Source: Lingula anatina (lineage: Eukaryota; Animalia; Brachiopoda). Taken from it: a stretch of DNA of 64,000 nucleotides. The notes under the pieces are model-generated. The model worked only from the letters and a program-made list of their open reading frames with translations. It was not told the DNA's origin and did no database searches. Positions 38,857 through 51,825 of this stretch are shown here, piece after piece (the first letter of the stretch is position 1; each line of letters begins with the position of its first letter). The DNA is taken from positions 4,588,001 to 4,652,000 of the forward strand of contig CM120646.1 in assembly GCA_051362555.1 (NCBI GenBank), written 5' to 3'. The position numbers and the translations under genes are program-made.

Positions 38857-40310
38857 AAAAGAGAAGAAAGGAAATTGCAGCTGCTGATTATTTAGGGAAT
38901 AGTCTATGCAATTCCCTTTCTTGAAAACCACTTAACTCTACCAAAAATTAAAATACAGGCCTCTAAATTAAGAATCAATCATGTTTGGAACAAACACCTT
39001 CGGGCGCGAGCCATAGGTTAAGATAAATATTAGTCTGAAATTTATGTCATCATTTTAACCGTGACCCAAACATGGGCACCTCCTAATTTGAAGTCCACTT
39101 TGCTTTTTTAAGTATAATGCCGGTGATTTTACCACCTATAAACACAATTGCATGTACTGGTAGCTGATCTGTTCAGACGATTTTTAAAGAAATACAGGGT
39201 AAGTAGATTGTAAATTGAAACTGGATGGAAGCGTTGGAGCTTTCTCTAGAATCATATTAATTCTCTTTTATGGGTGATTTTTACGCTGTTTATATATGTG
39301 TGTTTCCTGACTACATGTAAATTTACAAAAATCGTTATATAATCACTTTATAAATGTATGCAATAGGTCAGTATTCATTTTGATATTTGTGCCCGATTCA
39401 AAAGGCCAGTAATTCATCTGTTCCAAAATATGCTCCAACAGATGAATTTTTGGTATTCAGTGGGCTTTCAGCACCCAGAATTCTTAATGGTGTATATAGT
39501 GTGCGTTTTAATTGGCCAGTAATTGCCAGTGGAAAGTACAATTGGTAGTAACTGACTGTTCTCAATTCCACGTTTGTTACAATTATGCCAATAACAAGTG
39601 CTTGCAAAAAGTTTTTCTCATATATTGTATATTTGAGTGAGTTATTTTAAATCGACATCTAATTCACATATTGTTGCGATGTGAACAGGTCTTGTGCTAA
39701 TTTTTCTGTGCAATATTGTGCTTATTTTGTGTATATTGTGAATACAGTGACTTGATTAAAGCTGTTAAAATGGCATCTACGCTGTTGTGATGTATACATA
39801 AAGTATAGCAGTCGATTGCTCAAACAGACCGTACGTGTTACTGACTCAAACTATGTGTTGGGTCCCTACAAAGGCATAACAATGGTGTATCTTTCTGGTC
39901 CGCTTTATCGCATAATTAATGCCCATACCTCTGGCCGCCGTCTGCCATTTTCCCAGCATCATGAATGCTCTGACGTTCGTCCACTTCCAATGCAACAGCC
40001 TTATTATAATGTTGTTAATTGGCTGGTTATTTGGATGACATTAGCAATGCATACATGTTATTTACGTGATAAACAGAAAATTATTTACTATTCATGGGAA
40101 GGTGGTTTTGTTGGTACCAGCTGATTGGGCCTTGTGCATTTTAAATGTGTTTAGTCGTAATCCAAGCAGGCTGTATAACGTCATATTTTAAACATATAAA
40201 GCCTAATCACACAGATGAAGACAGCTAGAAGAGAATTGGCTTGTCCTATACTTAACGGTGTATATAAGACTCATTAAGAGGGTGAATCTGTCAAAATTGT
40301 TCCCTCTGTC

Positions 40311-40630
40311 ATGGCTGCCTCCAGTTTAAAACATCTACACGTGATACTCTGGATTCTGGCATGGAACGCTGTGGATGGCTTTGAAACGCAATCTTATACG
40401 ATCTCGCTAGGCCAAAAGGCTTTGGTATCTTATACGAGTGTTGTGAGGGTGTTGAATGTGATGTCCCTGCGCCAGTGTGCCCAGATGTGTTTACAACACA
40501 ATACAGGGGAGTGCACGGGGGCCAACTATGTCGCGGCAAGGAGGATCTGTGACATTGTGGTGAATAACGACAACGCAACCGTCACTCTTGATCAGAATTG
40601 GACGTTTTTGCGAGGTAATCTATCCCCCTA

Positions 40631-40662
<32 letters not shown>

Positions 40663-41144
40663 GTTGTCTGTAGTCCGCCAGGCTGTTACGATATTTACCT
40701 TCACTCGAGGCTCACTCAAAGCATGCCATTTCCGAATGTTGCAATCAAAATGTATTAGAGTGAATAAGAAGACGAGTTCGAATCTCGAGTTTGTTTTCAC
40801 GTACGTGCGGCAATATAACATTGTCTTTCAAAATTGAACAGATGATCTGTCTACAGTTCAAAACCCAATCACAACGAAAGAAGATGAATTCTCATCAAAT
40901 TACAGTGGCAGAAGAAATTTCCTGTACAGGCTGGAAGACCAAGAGGAATAAAACCACTAACGGGAACTACCTCATTGACCCTGACGGCATTGGAGGCGTC
41001 GACCCCTTCAGCGTATACTGTGACATGGCTGAAACGCCACCTGTCGCCCGGGTTCAACACACTTTAAGCAATGTGAGAGTTCACGTTACAGGTTATGAAT
41101 GGAATTACAACCACACAACTTACTTTACAGGTACGCTACGTTTG

Positions 41145-41192
<48 letters not shown>

Positions 41193-42855
41193 TACCTGTA
41201 TCTCATTTGTAATGTCACTTATGTTTTTACCTCTGCCGGGAAGGTTATGTTTTCAACTGCGTTTGTTTAATTGTTTGCCACCAGACATACTCAGATCGTT
41301 ATTGATGAATATTGGGTTACAATTTAAGTGATAAGATTTTGGTGATAATTCTTTCATTAATTATTTGATTGTTAGTTATTAGTAAGTTATTTGTCTTAGC
41401 GGAGGTCTACGCTCTCTGAGTGTTTCTTTAGTTTGAAAGTGTTTTGCAAAAGATAAACGAATAAATGGTTAAAAATGGTTAAAATAACAATAAATAAATA
41501 ATTGAGGAAAATAAAGAGACCCCCCTATTTTACATCACAAATTCAACTAGCTGTGCGGTTAATGACTTGTTAAACGCCGACCACGTGCCTCCGTATAGAG
41601 GTTAAATTCATAATTGTTGTCATTTATTTTATCAACGTGTCTAGGCATTGAAGTGTCCCAACTGCGAGCGTTGACTGAGGCGTCTACACGTTGCAAGCAA
41701 TACATCAAAAGAGAATGTAAGGGCAGCTTAACAAGGGGTCACAACTTTGTGACATCACGTGATGGAGAGATCCTGACGTATTTCGCGGGCAATGGGACGG
41801 TGGTGACGAACGGGTGCGCATGCGCACTGGACAATTCCTGTACAGGAGGTAAATCAAACACGCTCTATTTCTAAAATGAATATTGGTAAGGATAACGTGT
41901 TTAGGGGTGTTAATGACAATCGGATACGGGGGGTGGGGGGGGGGCGGCCTGAGAGTGGTCGATCCGTTATCTTTTCCAGCCGGTTCCCATTCTTTCAGCG
42001 GGAAAGCTGTTTTTTTTTAATTTGCTAATATTGTCAGTTTACTGTACGTGGATTAGGGGCTTATATATATATATATATCATTGTAAGTGCAAGGAAATGG
42101 GACTTTTTTCTTTCTTGGATACTCAGAAATACAAAGAGTTATTATTACCGTCATCCGGTGTCAGTAGGACCCAGTGCAACTGATTTCACCCAGTTTTCTG
42201 CACGTACTCGCACACCCGTTCAACTCTTCAAGCCTTATGGACAATATTTGCCGCTTGCTAACGCGGGCCTTAATTTGGGAGCACAAACGACTGAAGCTAC
42301 GAATGAAAAAAAAAAAAAAAACGTACAGCAGTGAACCACACAAATATTTCAGATTTACGGTTTGTGGATCCTATCCCTGTGCTCGTGGCCACTAATTAAT
42401 TTTACGTTGGGATTCTCTAAGGTTTGATGCGTTAATTTGGGCATTTGTGCTTACAAAGCTGAGCCTCGAGTTCCCAAACGCCTAATCCATACAGGAGGTA
42501 TATCAAGCCATAAAAAAACTTAATTGGACAACCTAAATCCGTAGCCACTTTGAAGTCATGGCCAGTCCCAAATGGGACCCAGTCAGATCAGTGGCCCACA
42601 TTGGTTGTATAAAAATAAGAACCACACTATAAAGACAATGTGATACTGGTAAATAGTTTCCAGAAAATTCTGAAACTCGTTTTTTTTTCAGGAGAGGTTT
42701 GCAACTGTAACATGAACGATGACACCTGGCGGTTGGACGAGGGGTACCTGACCAACAAGGACGTCCTACCCATAGCTCAGGTCACTGTGGGAGATACTGG
42801 GAACAGCGGTGAAGAAGCCTACATCACTGTGGGGGATCTGGAATGTGTTAGCTAA
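40311..42855 (+). CDS. Secreted PAN/apple + CNTNAP(Caspr)-type fibrinogen-like domain protein A (298 aa)
   Basis: Exons 40311-40614 (signal; QCAQMC..CTGANY..CDI), 40906-41130 (SC..GNYLIDPDG.GGVDPF.VYCDM), 41645-41848 (CKQYIKREC..CAC), 42692-42855 (CNC..ND..WR.DEGYLTNK..LPI..GDTG..LEC*); 897 nt in phase. Confidence 0.9.
41147..41190. repeat. (TA)n microsatellite
   Basis: Directly visible. Confidence 0.95.
41225..41435 (+). mobile_element. Helentron-associated (HINE-like) non-autonomous element
   Basis: 5' ttttacctctgccgggaaggttatgttttc and 3' cttagcggaggtctacgctctctgagtgtttctttagtt with subterminal inverted repeat, in T-rich flanks. Confidence 0.6.
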
Positions 42856-43171
42856 AAGAAAGGTTCAGAGGTGCCGAAAAGACGTTTTGAGTTCTGCGAT
42901 ATGCTAATGGAGCAACCATAGGGCAAGGGAGGGCTTATGGCTTTCACTTGTTGCGGTAAACATGTGAACGTAACGTCTCGGCTATTGATCTGTTATAAAC
43001 TGGAGTGATATAGGTATAATTGTTGAAAATTTATGGGAAAAATATAAACTTGCTTTGTAAAGGTGCAGCGTGCAGTGTATGGGACAGTTGTAGTCTACTA
43101 ATAGCCAAACGGTATTATTACCAATCAGTGAAGAGATCTCTTTTTTAATGATTCCTTTTCATATGTATGTA

Positions 43172-45329
43172 GGGGAGAGCGGGGTTGGTTGGAACAGTTT
43201 TCACCTTTTTTGCGATATCTCAGCAGTCAAAGCTTTGGGGACAAAAATAAAAAATCTGATAGGGGAAAATTATATGCCGCACTCATCTATGAAATAAAAC
43301 ATCAAGTAGGTCTTTTTATTTTAGAGTAATAAATGCTCAAAGTTGCCTCCTAAAACGTTCCATCTCACCCCACCTGCGGGGTAAGTTGGAACAGGCAGTG
43401 GGGTGAGTTGGAACAAGAGGGCGAGTTGGAACGCTTGCATATAAATTCAAAGTATAATTCATTTTAAGAGTAGGTTTATCTATATTAATTTCCCAACAAG
43501 TGCGTGTTACTTTGTATTCGTATCTACATAGTTTGTAAGCATTTTTTACGTTTACAATTCCCTTTTAAATAGTCTTTTCGATGTATAAACCATATCCAGG
43601 TACACGTCATTTCATAATGATAACAAAAGTGGTGTAGTTTAAGAGAAAAGAAATTGAACTCACATAACTCAACCTATCAACAACAGTATGTTAGACCTAC
43701 AAATGAAAACTGTATCTCTTTCAACTCAACAACTCAGAATCAAAATCGCAGTTCTGACATACTCAGTATGTACACTTGGTCAACCTTAGTACAGTCTTCA
43801 TGTGACCACTTTAGACAAACAATGCATTTAACCCATTTCTCTTTTGGTCGGCTGTTAATGAACGGCTCCCCACAAACCAGAGATGGCCACTCTTCTTCTG
43901 ACTCAGAATCGTTGGTCATCTTTAATTTCCTTTTTCTTGATTTTCTCTATCGACTAGAAATCTTTAACTGTTTTTTATTTTTGTTGCGCTTGTCCTTTTT
44001 AATTTTGTTGGGCTTGGCCTTTTCTTTTTCGAGTAGCTCATTTTCAGGTGTGTCAGTTAGTACTGCACTGCATCGTTTTCTTCTTTTAATCTTTGGACTG
44101 CGACGGTGAGCCTTTGGAACCGGTCTAATTATTGCTGGACTTGAGCTGTTTTGGGCTTTTCTTAAGTGCGCTTTAGACCCCATTTCCAGAGATTAGATCG
44201 ATCTACTTTAGATCGACCTAACTCCCTGGGGGTTCACGCTAAATAGCTGTCAGCCGAGCGGACACCAAAGTTAATTACCCCCTTACAGCTTGTAGTAGGC
44301 GGGACGGACATTTAAGCCGGATTATCTGACAGTAATCTAGTGACAGTAATCTAGATCGATCTAAAAGCCTTAGTGTGCTGTAGCACCTCTTCCGGTGAGG
44401 GCAACTGAGATTTCAACTGAATCTATGCCTAAGTTACGAGGTGAATGTTTGTCTTTTCTGGCGGATTTTGTGCCCTCGTTCACTAAACATTAACAGCAAC
44501 CCCCAACCCATTACACAAAGCATCTAAAACAATATCGGCAGAATTGGTGTTGTATAGTTTATCCATAACATAGGCTCTCAGCTAGAATATTTTCATTTTG
44601 CCGCGAAAAGCAGAGTAATAATCGACATTTCCTTCCACATCTTAAAGCAATTTATCGCAAAAAGCAACAGTGGGCATGCAGACAATTTTCGACCAAACAG
44701 CTAGCAACTGCATTTAACAAGCAGTGACCATCCCCCCTTGTATCTTCTACACGCATGTACATTCCGGCATCTTGGAGATGTTCTATCAGCTAGATTTCGT
44801 CTCCAGTTGGAGTTGTACTGGGTTACTACGTTACTACTCTCTTCAAAGTTGAAATTAAAACATTTAGAGAGGTTTAAAAAAATGAAAAACACCGTGCGGG
44901 GTGGGTTGGAACACCCCTGACAGTGTTCCAACTGGCCCCATGTCAAATGTTCCGACCAGCCCCCATGACGTCATGGCCTACTTATGACACTGTATTTCTT
45001 GAACACGTGGGAAGTGATTAAAAAAAACAACAGCTTTTTGAACATCAAGGTGGTCCTAAACGCTTTGCACAATTTCAGTGATATAATCCTTATACTTTAG
45101 TTTACAGCACGATGAATGTCAAAAATATGAAAACTTACTTCGAGTAGCGAAAATAAGTTTTTTTCGCATAAAACTTTTAATGCATTTTCGAAACTTCCAC
45201 AAGTTTACCAGATGAATGACCATGCCACGTGACATTTTTATGCTGAAGGAGCACATGATCGGTCTTGTGATTTAAGAAATAAAGCCAATGTTCCAACTTA
45301 CCCGCGTTCCAACCCACCCCGCTCTCCCC
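43172..45329 (-). mobile_element. Internally deleted Tc1/mariner-superfamily (pogo/Fot1-like) DNA transposon
   Basis: TIRs GGGGAGAGCGGGGTTGGTTGGAAC / GTTCCAACCCACCCCGCTCTCCCC, TA on both sides, subterminal GTTGGAAC repeats. Minus-strand remnant SPAIIRPVPKA..RRKRCSAVLTDTP.. and PHD-like WVKCIVCLKWSHEDC (43740-44160), typical of such transposase C-termini. Confidence 0.85.
44176..44369 (+). mobile_element. MITE family A copy nested in the pogo-like element
   Basis: Near-identical to 23889-24060, TTA on both sides, 3' end rearranged (tgacagtaatctag duplicated). Confidence 0.9.
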
Positions 45330-45965
45330 TATATTCAACTCAAAGCAAGTTTGCCCATTTTAAAATCACTAAGTCATGATCAAGGTTAAACAGGCATTGA
45401 AATTGTATGACGTTTTTTTCTGTTATTGTACATGTAAATTAAAATAGAGGCAAACGTACGAGAAAGTGTATACAAATATAGCGGACTTCTTAATAGCTTA
45501 TATTAGTACCTCGGTGTGCACTTATATCCATAATAACAAAATGGTGTAACGTGTAGGGTGCCTGTGTGTCTTCAGATTATCCTCACTTTCTTTAGTAAAT
45601 CGTTATTCCCCAATTTTGTCAAATGTGCAATGCCGTGTTCTCTGTTTGAGTCAATACCGCTCAGTAGTTCAGTCAAGAATAAATCGTTGGTTGACACTTT
45701 CAGGGGTCGTAAAAAATGGTATTACATATCGACCCCTGCCTCTTAGTTGTCCTAAGTCAAGTAATAGAGACGAGGAAGAAACATTGAACATTTATAGTTT
45801 TATTTCAAATATTAGTTCATGTAAATAGAACTACTTTGTTATGCGTATATACATATACCTATAACCCTAGCGCTCACTACAACCTAATCACTCTGCGTAG
45901 TGATATCTTGAATAAAGTTAGTTTGGCAAGCACATGGAGTCTTGAGTTGATAGCACTCATAAACA

Positions 45966-45983
45966 TGGTGTCAGGAGTGGGAT
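45966..45983 (+). promoter_or_regulatory. Primer binding site, tRNA-Leu type
   Basis: TGGTGTCAGGAGTGGGAT immediately after the 5' LTR, complementary to the tRNA-Leu 3' end ATCCCACTCCTGACACCA. Confidence 0.85.
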
Positions 45984-46032
45984 TATTTACCTGTTTGTAG
46001 GAAACCCGCTGACTGAAAAAGTATTTTAAATT

Positions 46033-49000
46033 ATGGCGGAAGGACTCAGAAAACCTACTCCTTTGTCATTCGAAGGAAACGTAGAACAGAACTGGAAAAC
46101 TTTCGTGCGTGAGTACGATATATATGTTGGAGCTTGCTATAGCGAGAAAACGCCAAAGCAAAAAGCGTACATGCTATTAAATCTCGCCGGTAGCGATGCT
46201 ATCGAAAAATTTGAATCATTTACATTCAATGACGATGAAGACAAAGAAGATCCAGACATTTTAAAGGCCAAGTTCAGTGAGATTTGTAATCCCAGAACTA
46301 ACGTTATACTTGAACGATACAGATTTAATTTACGCGCGCAACAAGATGGCGAGCGATTTCAGTCATTTTTAGCTGACCTGAAACACAAAATCAAAAGCTG
46401 CAACTATGGTAACCTTGAGGAAGACATGTTACGAGACAGAATAGTCATCGGTATAAAACATGAGAATACCAGAAAGGTGTTGTTGAGAGAGAATAACCTC
46501 ACACTTACAAAAGCGGTGCACATTTGTCAAATTCACGAGTGCTCCGAGGTCGACGCCAAGCAAATGCAACAGCAGAATCCAGTGACAGTGCATCTAGTCA
46601 ACAAAAAGAAGGCACAGAAGCCACGACAGGCTTTTAGCCATGGCAGATCACAAGCAAGTGAGACGGCCAAATGCAGAAACTGCAGCAGTAGTCACGCCAA
46701 AGGAAAGTGCCCAGCTTATGGTAAAAGTTGCCACAAGTGCGGTAAGCTCAATCATTTCCAAGTTGCATGTAGAAGCCAGTCACAGAAAAGTAAATCACCC
46801 CGTACACACAAGGTCATTAGAGAAGTTAACACTGACTCTTGCAGTGACACTGAAGCAGATTTACTTAAAATTGACTCAGTGCATAGCCCACACGCAGCAA
46901 AGAAAGACTTACATGTAAAGTTTCTAGTCCATGATGTGAGCACAGAAGTCAAAGTTGACACAGGAGCTAAATGCAATGTAATGAGCCTGGCAACGTTTGA
47001 TATGCTTCGAGGCAGAGAAAGCATCAACACAGCAGACAAAATGAAACTTATTGGCTTTACTGGAGATGCCATAACTCCAGTGGGAAGTGCCATTTTACCC
47101 TGTGAACTTAGAGGTGAAACACATGACATTAAATTCAATGTCATTGATGCCAATGTCCAGACATTATTAGGACTACCAGACTGTATGAAGCTGAAGCTGT
47201 TACAACTGGGAGAAAGTGTGTACAGCGTGAACACCACACCAGACATGTTTGCAGAATTCCCAGATATTTTTGACCAAAGGTTGGGACAACTACCTGTGAA
47301 GTACAAGATTACAGTTGACTCCCAAGTGACACCAGTAGTCAGGCCAGTACGCAAGCTACCTGTTGCTGTTAAAGACAAGGTCAAGCAGGAACTAAGAAGA
47401 ATGGAAAGCCAAGGAATCATAGCCAAGGTGACCAAACCTACAGATTGGGTTTCAGCAATGGTGGTAACCACGAAGAAAAACACGGACACAATAAGGATAT
47501 GCATTGATCCAGGTGACCTAAACAAGGCAATCAAGCGTCCCAGGTACCCCATGAGAACCGTGGATGAAATCATAAGTGATATGCCCAATGCGCATTACTT
47601 CACTGTTTTAGATGCCAAGCAAGCCTTTTACTGCATTCCATTAGAAGAAGAATCTTCTTACCTGACCACATTTGGTACACCATTCGGTCGCTACAGATAC
47701 CTACGACTGCCAATGGGAATCAGCTCAGCATCAGAAGTATACCAGCAAGCCATAGAAAACTTGATGAACGGGCTGCCATGTAAAATCATAATGGATGACA
47801 TCCTAGTGTCAGGCGCAACAGAAGAGGAACACGACAAAAATTTGAGAGCAGTTCTTCAGAAGTTGAAAGAAATCAACATAAAACTCAACGCATCCAAGTG
47901 CAGATACAAGATGACCAGTGTGAACTATGTGGGACACACATTCACAGCTGATGGTCTCAAACCAGACCCAGAGAAGGTCAGAGCAATCCAGGAGATGCCC
48001 AAACCCAGAGACAAGACAGAGTTGTTACGTTTTCTAGGTATGACCAAGTACCTGTCCAAGTTCATTCCACAGCTTAGTGAGAAGTGCGCACCACTTAATG
48101 AACTTCTACGCAAAGATAACTCATTTGTTTGGAACCATGCACATGACACAGCCTTAGAAGCAATCAAGCAGGAGATAAGTCAGGATTCCTGTTTAGCATA
48201 CTATGATGTTTCCAAGGAAGTCACACTGACCTGTGATGCTTCACAAGCAGGCTTAGGAGCTGCATGTCTACAGAATGGGAAACCAGTGGCATATGCATCC
48301 AGAGCAATGTCAGACGCAGAGAAACGCTATGCCCAAATTGAGAAGGAACTTCTCGCAGTAGTTTTTGCATGCGCAAAATTCCGAGATTATATATATGGCA
48401 AGGACATAACCATTGAAACTGACCACCAACCACTGATCTCCATATGGAAAAAGCTACTAGCAAGTGCCCCAGCAAGACTGCAACGAATGCTACTACAGCT
48501 GCAACCATACCGCATCAGACTGGTATACAAGAAAGGGAAAGATTTGTTGGTTGCTGATACACTGTCAAGGGCATACTTGAATGAAGGCAAGGATGAAACT
48601 GAGAGCAGTGACGTGGAAGTTCTGTCCATAATACCTGTCGCAGACTACAGGATGGAAGAGCTAAAAGCAGCCACAGCCAAGGACCCCATACTGAAGAAAG
48701 TATGCAGTGCAGTTCATGAGGGATGGCCTAAAAGCGAAAAGAACTGCGACCAAGATTTGAGACAATATTTCGCATTCCGAGATGAGATCATAGTTGATCA
48801 AGGTGTAGTGCTGAAAGGAAGCCGGATCATCGTACCAGCAACTTTACAGCATGAATATGCATTGAAAGCACACAGAGGACACGGAGGCTGTCAAGCAACA
48901 AAGTCAAGGGCAAAAGACATAATGTATTGGCCCAGCATGATGAAAGACATTGACAGTATTGTAGAAAACTGTACCGTGTGCCTGTCTATGAAAAAGCACC

Positions 49001-49680
49001 AGCAGAAAGAACCACTTATGTCTTACCCAGTACCGACCAGACCATGGTCTATTGTGGCTACAGATTTATTTGAGTGGAGAGGTGTAAACTACATGGTAAC
49101 AGTGGACTCGTACACTAGCTGGTATGAAGTCAATACCCTAGGGAACAGTACAGCCAGTGCAACAGTTATAAAAAAACTTAAGTCGCATTTTGCAAGATTT
49201 GGCATTCCAGACATCCTCATTTCTGACAATGGTCCACAATTCAGTGCCAGAGAATTCAAGGAATTCAGCCAAGCTTGGAAGTTCAACCATGTAACCAGTA
49301 GCCCCCATTTTCCGTCTAGTAATGGATTGGCAGAAAGAGCAGTACAGGCAGCAAAAGCGCTTCTAGAGAAAAGTGCACGTGAAGGCAGTGACCCTTATTT
49401 AAACCTGCTCAATAGCAGAAATGTACCAAGAGACCCAGTGCTTGGATCAGCGGCCCAGAGGATGATGGCACGTCGCACCAAAAGTGACATACCTATAGAT
49501 GAATCATTACTAGCTCAGAAAATACTCGACCCAGAGATAATCACACACCGCCTTTCAGAAAGGAGATTACAGCAGAAAAACACATATGACAAGACAGCTA
49601 AACCACTCCCAGCATTGCAACCAGGTGACAGAGTCATGCTGGAAAGCAAAACAGGTTACAACAAACTTGGACCTAAATAG
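46033..49680 (+). CDS. Gag-Pol polyprotein (zinc knuckles, protease, RT, RNase H, integrase), C-terminally truncated by an insertion
   Basis: 1215-aa ORF: CRNC..H..C and CHKCGKLNH..C, DTGA, LDAKQAF..IMDD, CDAS..ETDH, H-H-C-C and D-D-E integrase (ISDNGPQF, SNGLAE). The last codons and the stop come from the inserted TIR. Confidence 0.95.
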   Translation: MAEGLRKPTPLSFEGNVEQNWKTFVREYDIYVGACYSEKTPKQKAYMLLNLAGSDAIEKFESFTFNDDEDKEDPDILKAKFSEICNPRTNVILERYRFNLRAQQDGERFQSFLADLKHKIKSCNYGNLEEDMLRDRIVIGIKHENTRKVLLRENNLTLTKAVHICQIHECSEVDAKQMQQQNPVTVHLVNKKKAQKPRQAFSHGRSQASETAKCRNCSSSHAKGKCPAYGKSCHKCGKLNHFQVACRSQSQKSKSPRTHKVIREVNTDSCSDTEADLLKIDSVHSPHAAKKDLHVKFLVHDVSTEVKVDTGAKCNVMSLATFDMLRGRESINTADKMKLIGFTGDAITPVGSAILPCELRGETHDIKFNVIDANVQTLLGLPDCMKLKLLQLGESVYSVNTTPDMFAEFPDIFDQRLGQLPVKYKITVDSQVTPVVRPVRKLPVAVKDKVKQELRRMESQGIIAKVTKPTDWVSAMVVTTKKNTDTIRICIDPGDLNKAIKRPRYPMRTVDEIISDMPNAHYFTVLDAKQAFYCIPLEEESSYLTTFGTPFGRYRYLRLPMGISSASEVYQQAIENLMNGLPCKIIMDDILVSGATEEEHDKNLRAVLQKLKEINIKLNASKCRYKMTSVNYVGHTFTADGLKPDPEKVRAIQEMPKPRDKTELLRFLGMTKYLSKFIPQLSEKCAPLNELLRKDNSFVWNHAHDTALEAIKQEISQDSCLAYYDVSKEVTLTCDASQAGLGAACLQNGKPVAYASRAMSDAEKRYAQIEKELLAVVFACAKFRDYIYGKDITIETDHQPLISIWKKLLASAPARLQRMLLQLQPYRIRLVYKKGKDLLVADTLSRAYLNEGKDETESSDVEVLSIIPVADYRMEELKAATAKDPILKKVCSAVHEGWPKSEKNCDQDLRQYFAFRDEIIVDQGVVLKGSRIIVPATLQHEYALKAHRGHGGCQATKSRAKDIMYWPSMMKDIDSIVENCTVCLSMKKHQQKEPLMSYPVPTRPWSIVATDLFEWRGVNYMVTVDSYTSWYEVNTLGNSTASATVIKKLKSHFARFGIPDILISDNGPQFSAREFKEFSQAWKFNHVTSSPHFPSSNGLAERAVQAAKALLEKSAREGSDPYLNLLNSRNVPRDPVLGSAAQRMMARRTKSDIPIDESLLAQKILDPEIITHRLSERRLQQKNTYDKTAKPLPALQPGDRVMLESKTGYNKLGPK

Positions 49681-50118
49681 AGAAGGACAAGAAACGCGGC
49701 ATCTTCCTTTGAAGCTATGTGCGTTCGGGTAAACATTCGCCTATTGTCTCACATAATCTGTTTTGATAGCTCCACGGGCGTCTGAACAGCTTACTATCAA
49801 GGTAGCGCGCGCTGTGCTTCAGTGCATTTCTATTGTTTCTCTGCATTGATAACGCAATTTCTCGCAGTCCCTCGTGGTTGCTATGATACAGCATTGCCGC
49901 CATCTTGCAGTTGCGAGCACACAGGTTTCCGTCAACACGTGGAAATTTATTGAGGGGTTTTCGGCATTTTTCCCCGTTACCTCATAAAAACGGGGTATGA
50001 AGTTTGTCTTCAATACCTGCTGCCTTTCCCTGTCCGTGAGGTAGTCTCTGACAGGACAGGAATACGCACTCAACGACCGGAAATCTCATTCCTACATGTA
50101 GGCCTACCAGTAGCTGTG

Positions 50119-50341
50119 ACACCCCGGAAGATCAATCAAATTTACACAAGAACTGACTGCTAGTGAATCAGACAAATTAAAAATGGACCTTTTTAGCATG
50201 TTTGTGAAATTATATATTACCATTAGGGGCCACTCATTTCGCAGACAGCTTAAAGAAAAGTACCAAGAATCTGTGTCTGCATTTACGAAAGAAAAAGGAT
50301 TGAGAAAGTCTCTCAAAAGGAAGAGTAGAATTACAGCTTGA
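50119..50341 (+). pseudogene. Start-less protein C-terminal fragment inside the TIR element, possibly P-element/THAP9-related
   Basis: Open frame ..LKMDLFSMFVKLYITIRGHSFRRQLKEKYQES..KEKGLRKSLKRK..* with no upstream coding sequence. Family resemblance is from memory only. Confidence 0.45.
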
Positions 50342-51825
50342 ATTATTACCTAGATTTTCAACAAACAGACAGTATGATCTTGTGCATTTATAACATTTGG
50401 GTTTTTTCACTTAGCAATTAAGATCTTAATTAGAAATTTCATCTAGGTTTACATTAATTTTAATTAGTTATTTAAGAGTCAGATTTGTCGTATTAGTTTG
50501 GTAGAAAATAATACACCAGTAACCAAAATATGGCTTTCTGTTTTCAGTAACTGAAAAGCAGTCGTAATTCAAGAACTTATTATAAGTATTTATAATATTT
50601 GTTTTTTTCATTCAGCAACTATCTTTCATTTTTATTTCGCTTTATTTTTCATTAAAAGTTACCCGTTTACAATATGAGATTAATTTCACCAATACTGATC
50701 TTATGGTAATAAAAAATGCATATATTTGATATAAAAAATCTTCTTTTTATTTCTTTTCACTTTTTTTTTTTTTACACAACTTTAAATAATAAAAGATTTG
50801 ACAAATAAGACGCATATCACTGCAAGAGGGTCAATGTCAAATGCGAGTATGAATTTTATCAGGATCAGATTTTTTAAACCTGTAGTTAGTGTATTCTGAG
50901 GTAATTGAATATGCAATTTCAATCAAGCAAGAAAAAACTGTCTAAACATATAATCCATGTTTTTTACATTTGATTTTTTTTTTCATTATAAGATAGGAAA
51001 TATAAAACAACTTGAGTACATTCCAATATTTATTATTATAAAAGTAAACATTAAAATTTTAAAATGCTTGTTACAAAGCTAGTGATGATGAATATACAAT
51101 ACATGTGCAGTTTTCTTGTCTTGTCTCTTTTTGTGAATGTCATGTTGGAGTTCTTTCCTATTTGTATCCAAGTAGTATTAACTTATTTATAAAAGGTATA
51201 AACTAATTTCTCATTGACCTATGTGAATTACTGTCCAAATGTTTAATTAGTGAGTCTCCTCTTGGGCAATGGTGCATTGTCCAATTTTAACTTTCCGACA
51301 TCTTGTGGAGAGAATCTGGAAGAGAATAAGAATGTTTTTATCACAAACTACTATAAATGACAATTGCCTTTTTAACTTCTACTTGGACATTTGAACCACA
51401 GGTAAGCCTTATCAAATGCATCTCAAGATTCTACCTGTCAGGTAAATTTTCCCTCTAGTTAAATTTACTTCCCTTGTTAGGCATGGACTTTCTAGATCAT
51501 TATCAGCCAGGTAACTAAGCCGTCTGGCCCTTTGATGATTTGATAAAGCCAGCTAGGTGCTATCCAAAGGCATGTCTCAGGATTATTTCAAAGATTTCAA
51601 GCACCTGATAACAAGATAATGCAATGTAGCAAGGCAATTACAGAGGTGAGACTCTTATCACAAATGTGATCAAGATCTACTTTTATGACCATTACCCGAG
51701 TAAATATAATCATGAACTTTGCATGTGTACATGTCCACATATACACTTTCACTATAAGACCAATGAGGGTGTTTGTCAATCGTCTTTATTCTGTTTAGGG
51801 AATCCAATTTAAAAATGAAAAACTA

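Noticed and set aside
47788-47800. RT motif IMDD instead of YxDD as a sign of inactivity or novelty
   Set aside because: Non-Tyr first residues are common in Mag-like Gypsy RTs and the catalytic aspartates are intact.
46640-49286. Alternative-frame and antisense ORFs over gag-pol (e.g. 46752-47588)
   Set aside because: Shadows of the long coding frame with no recognisable domains.
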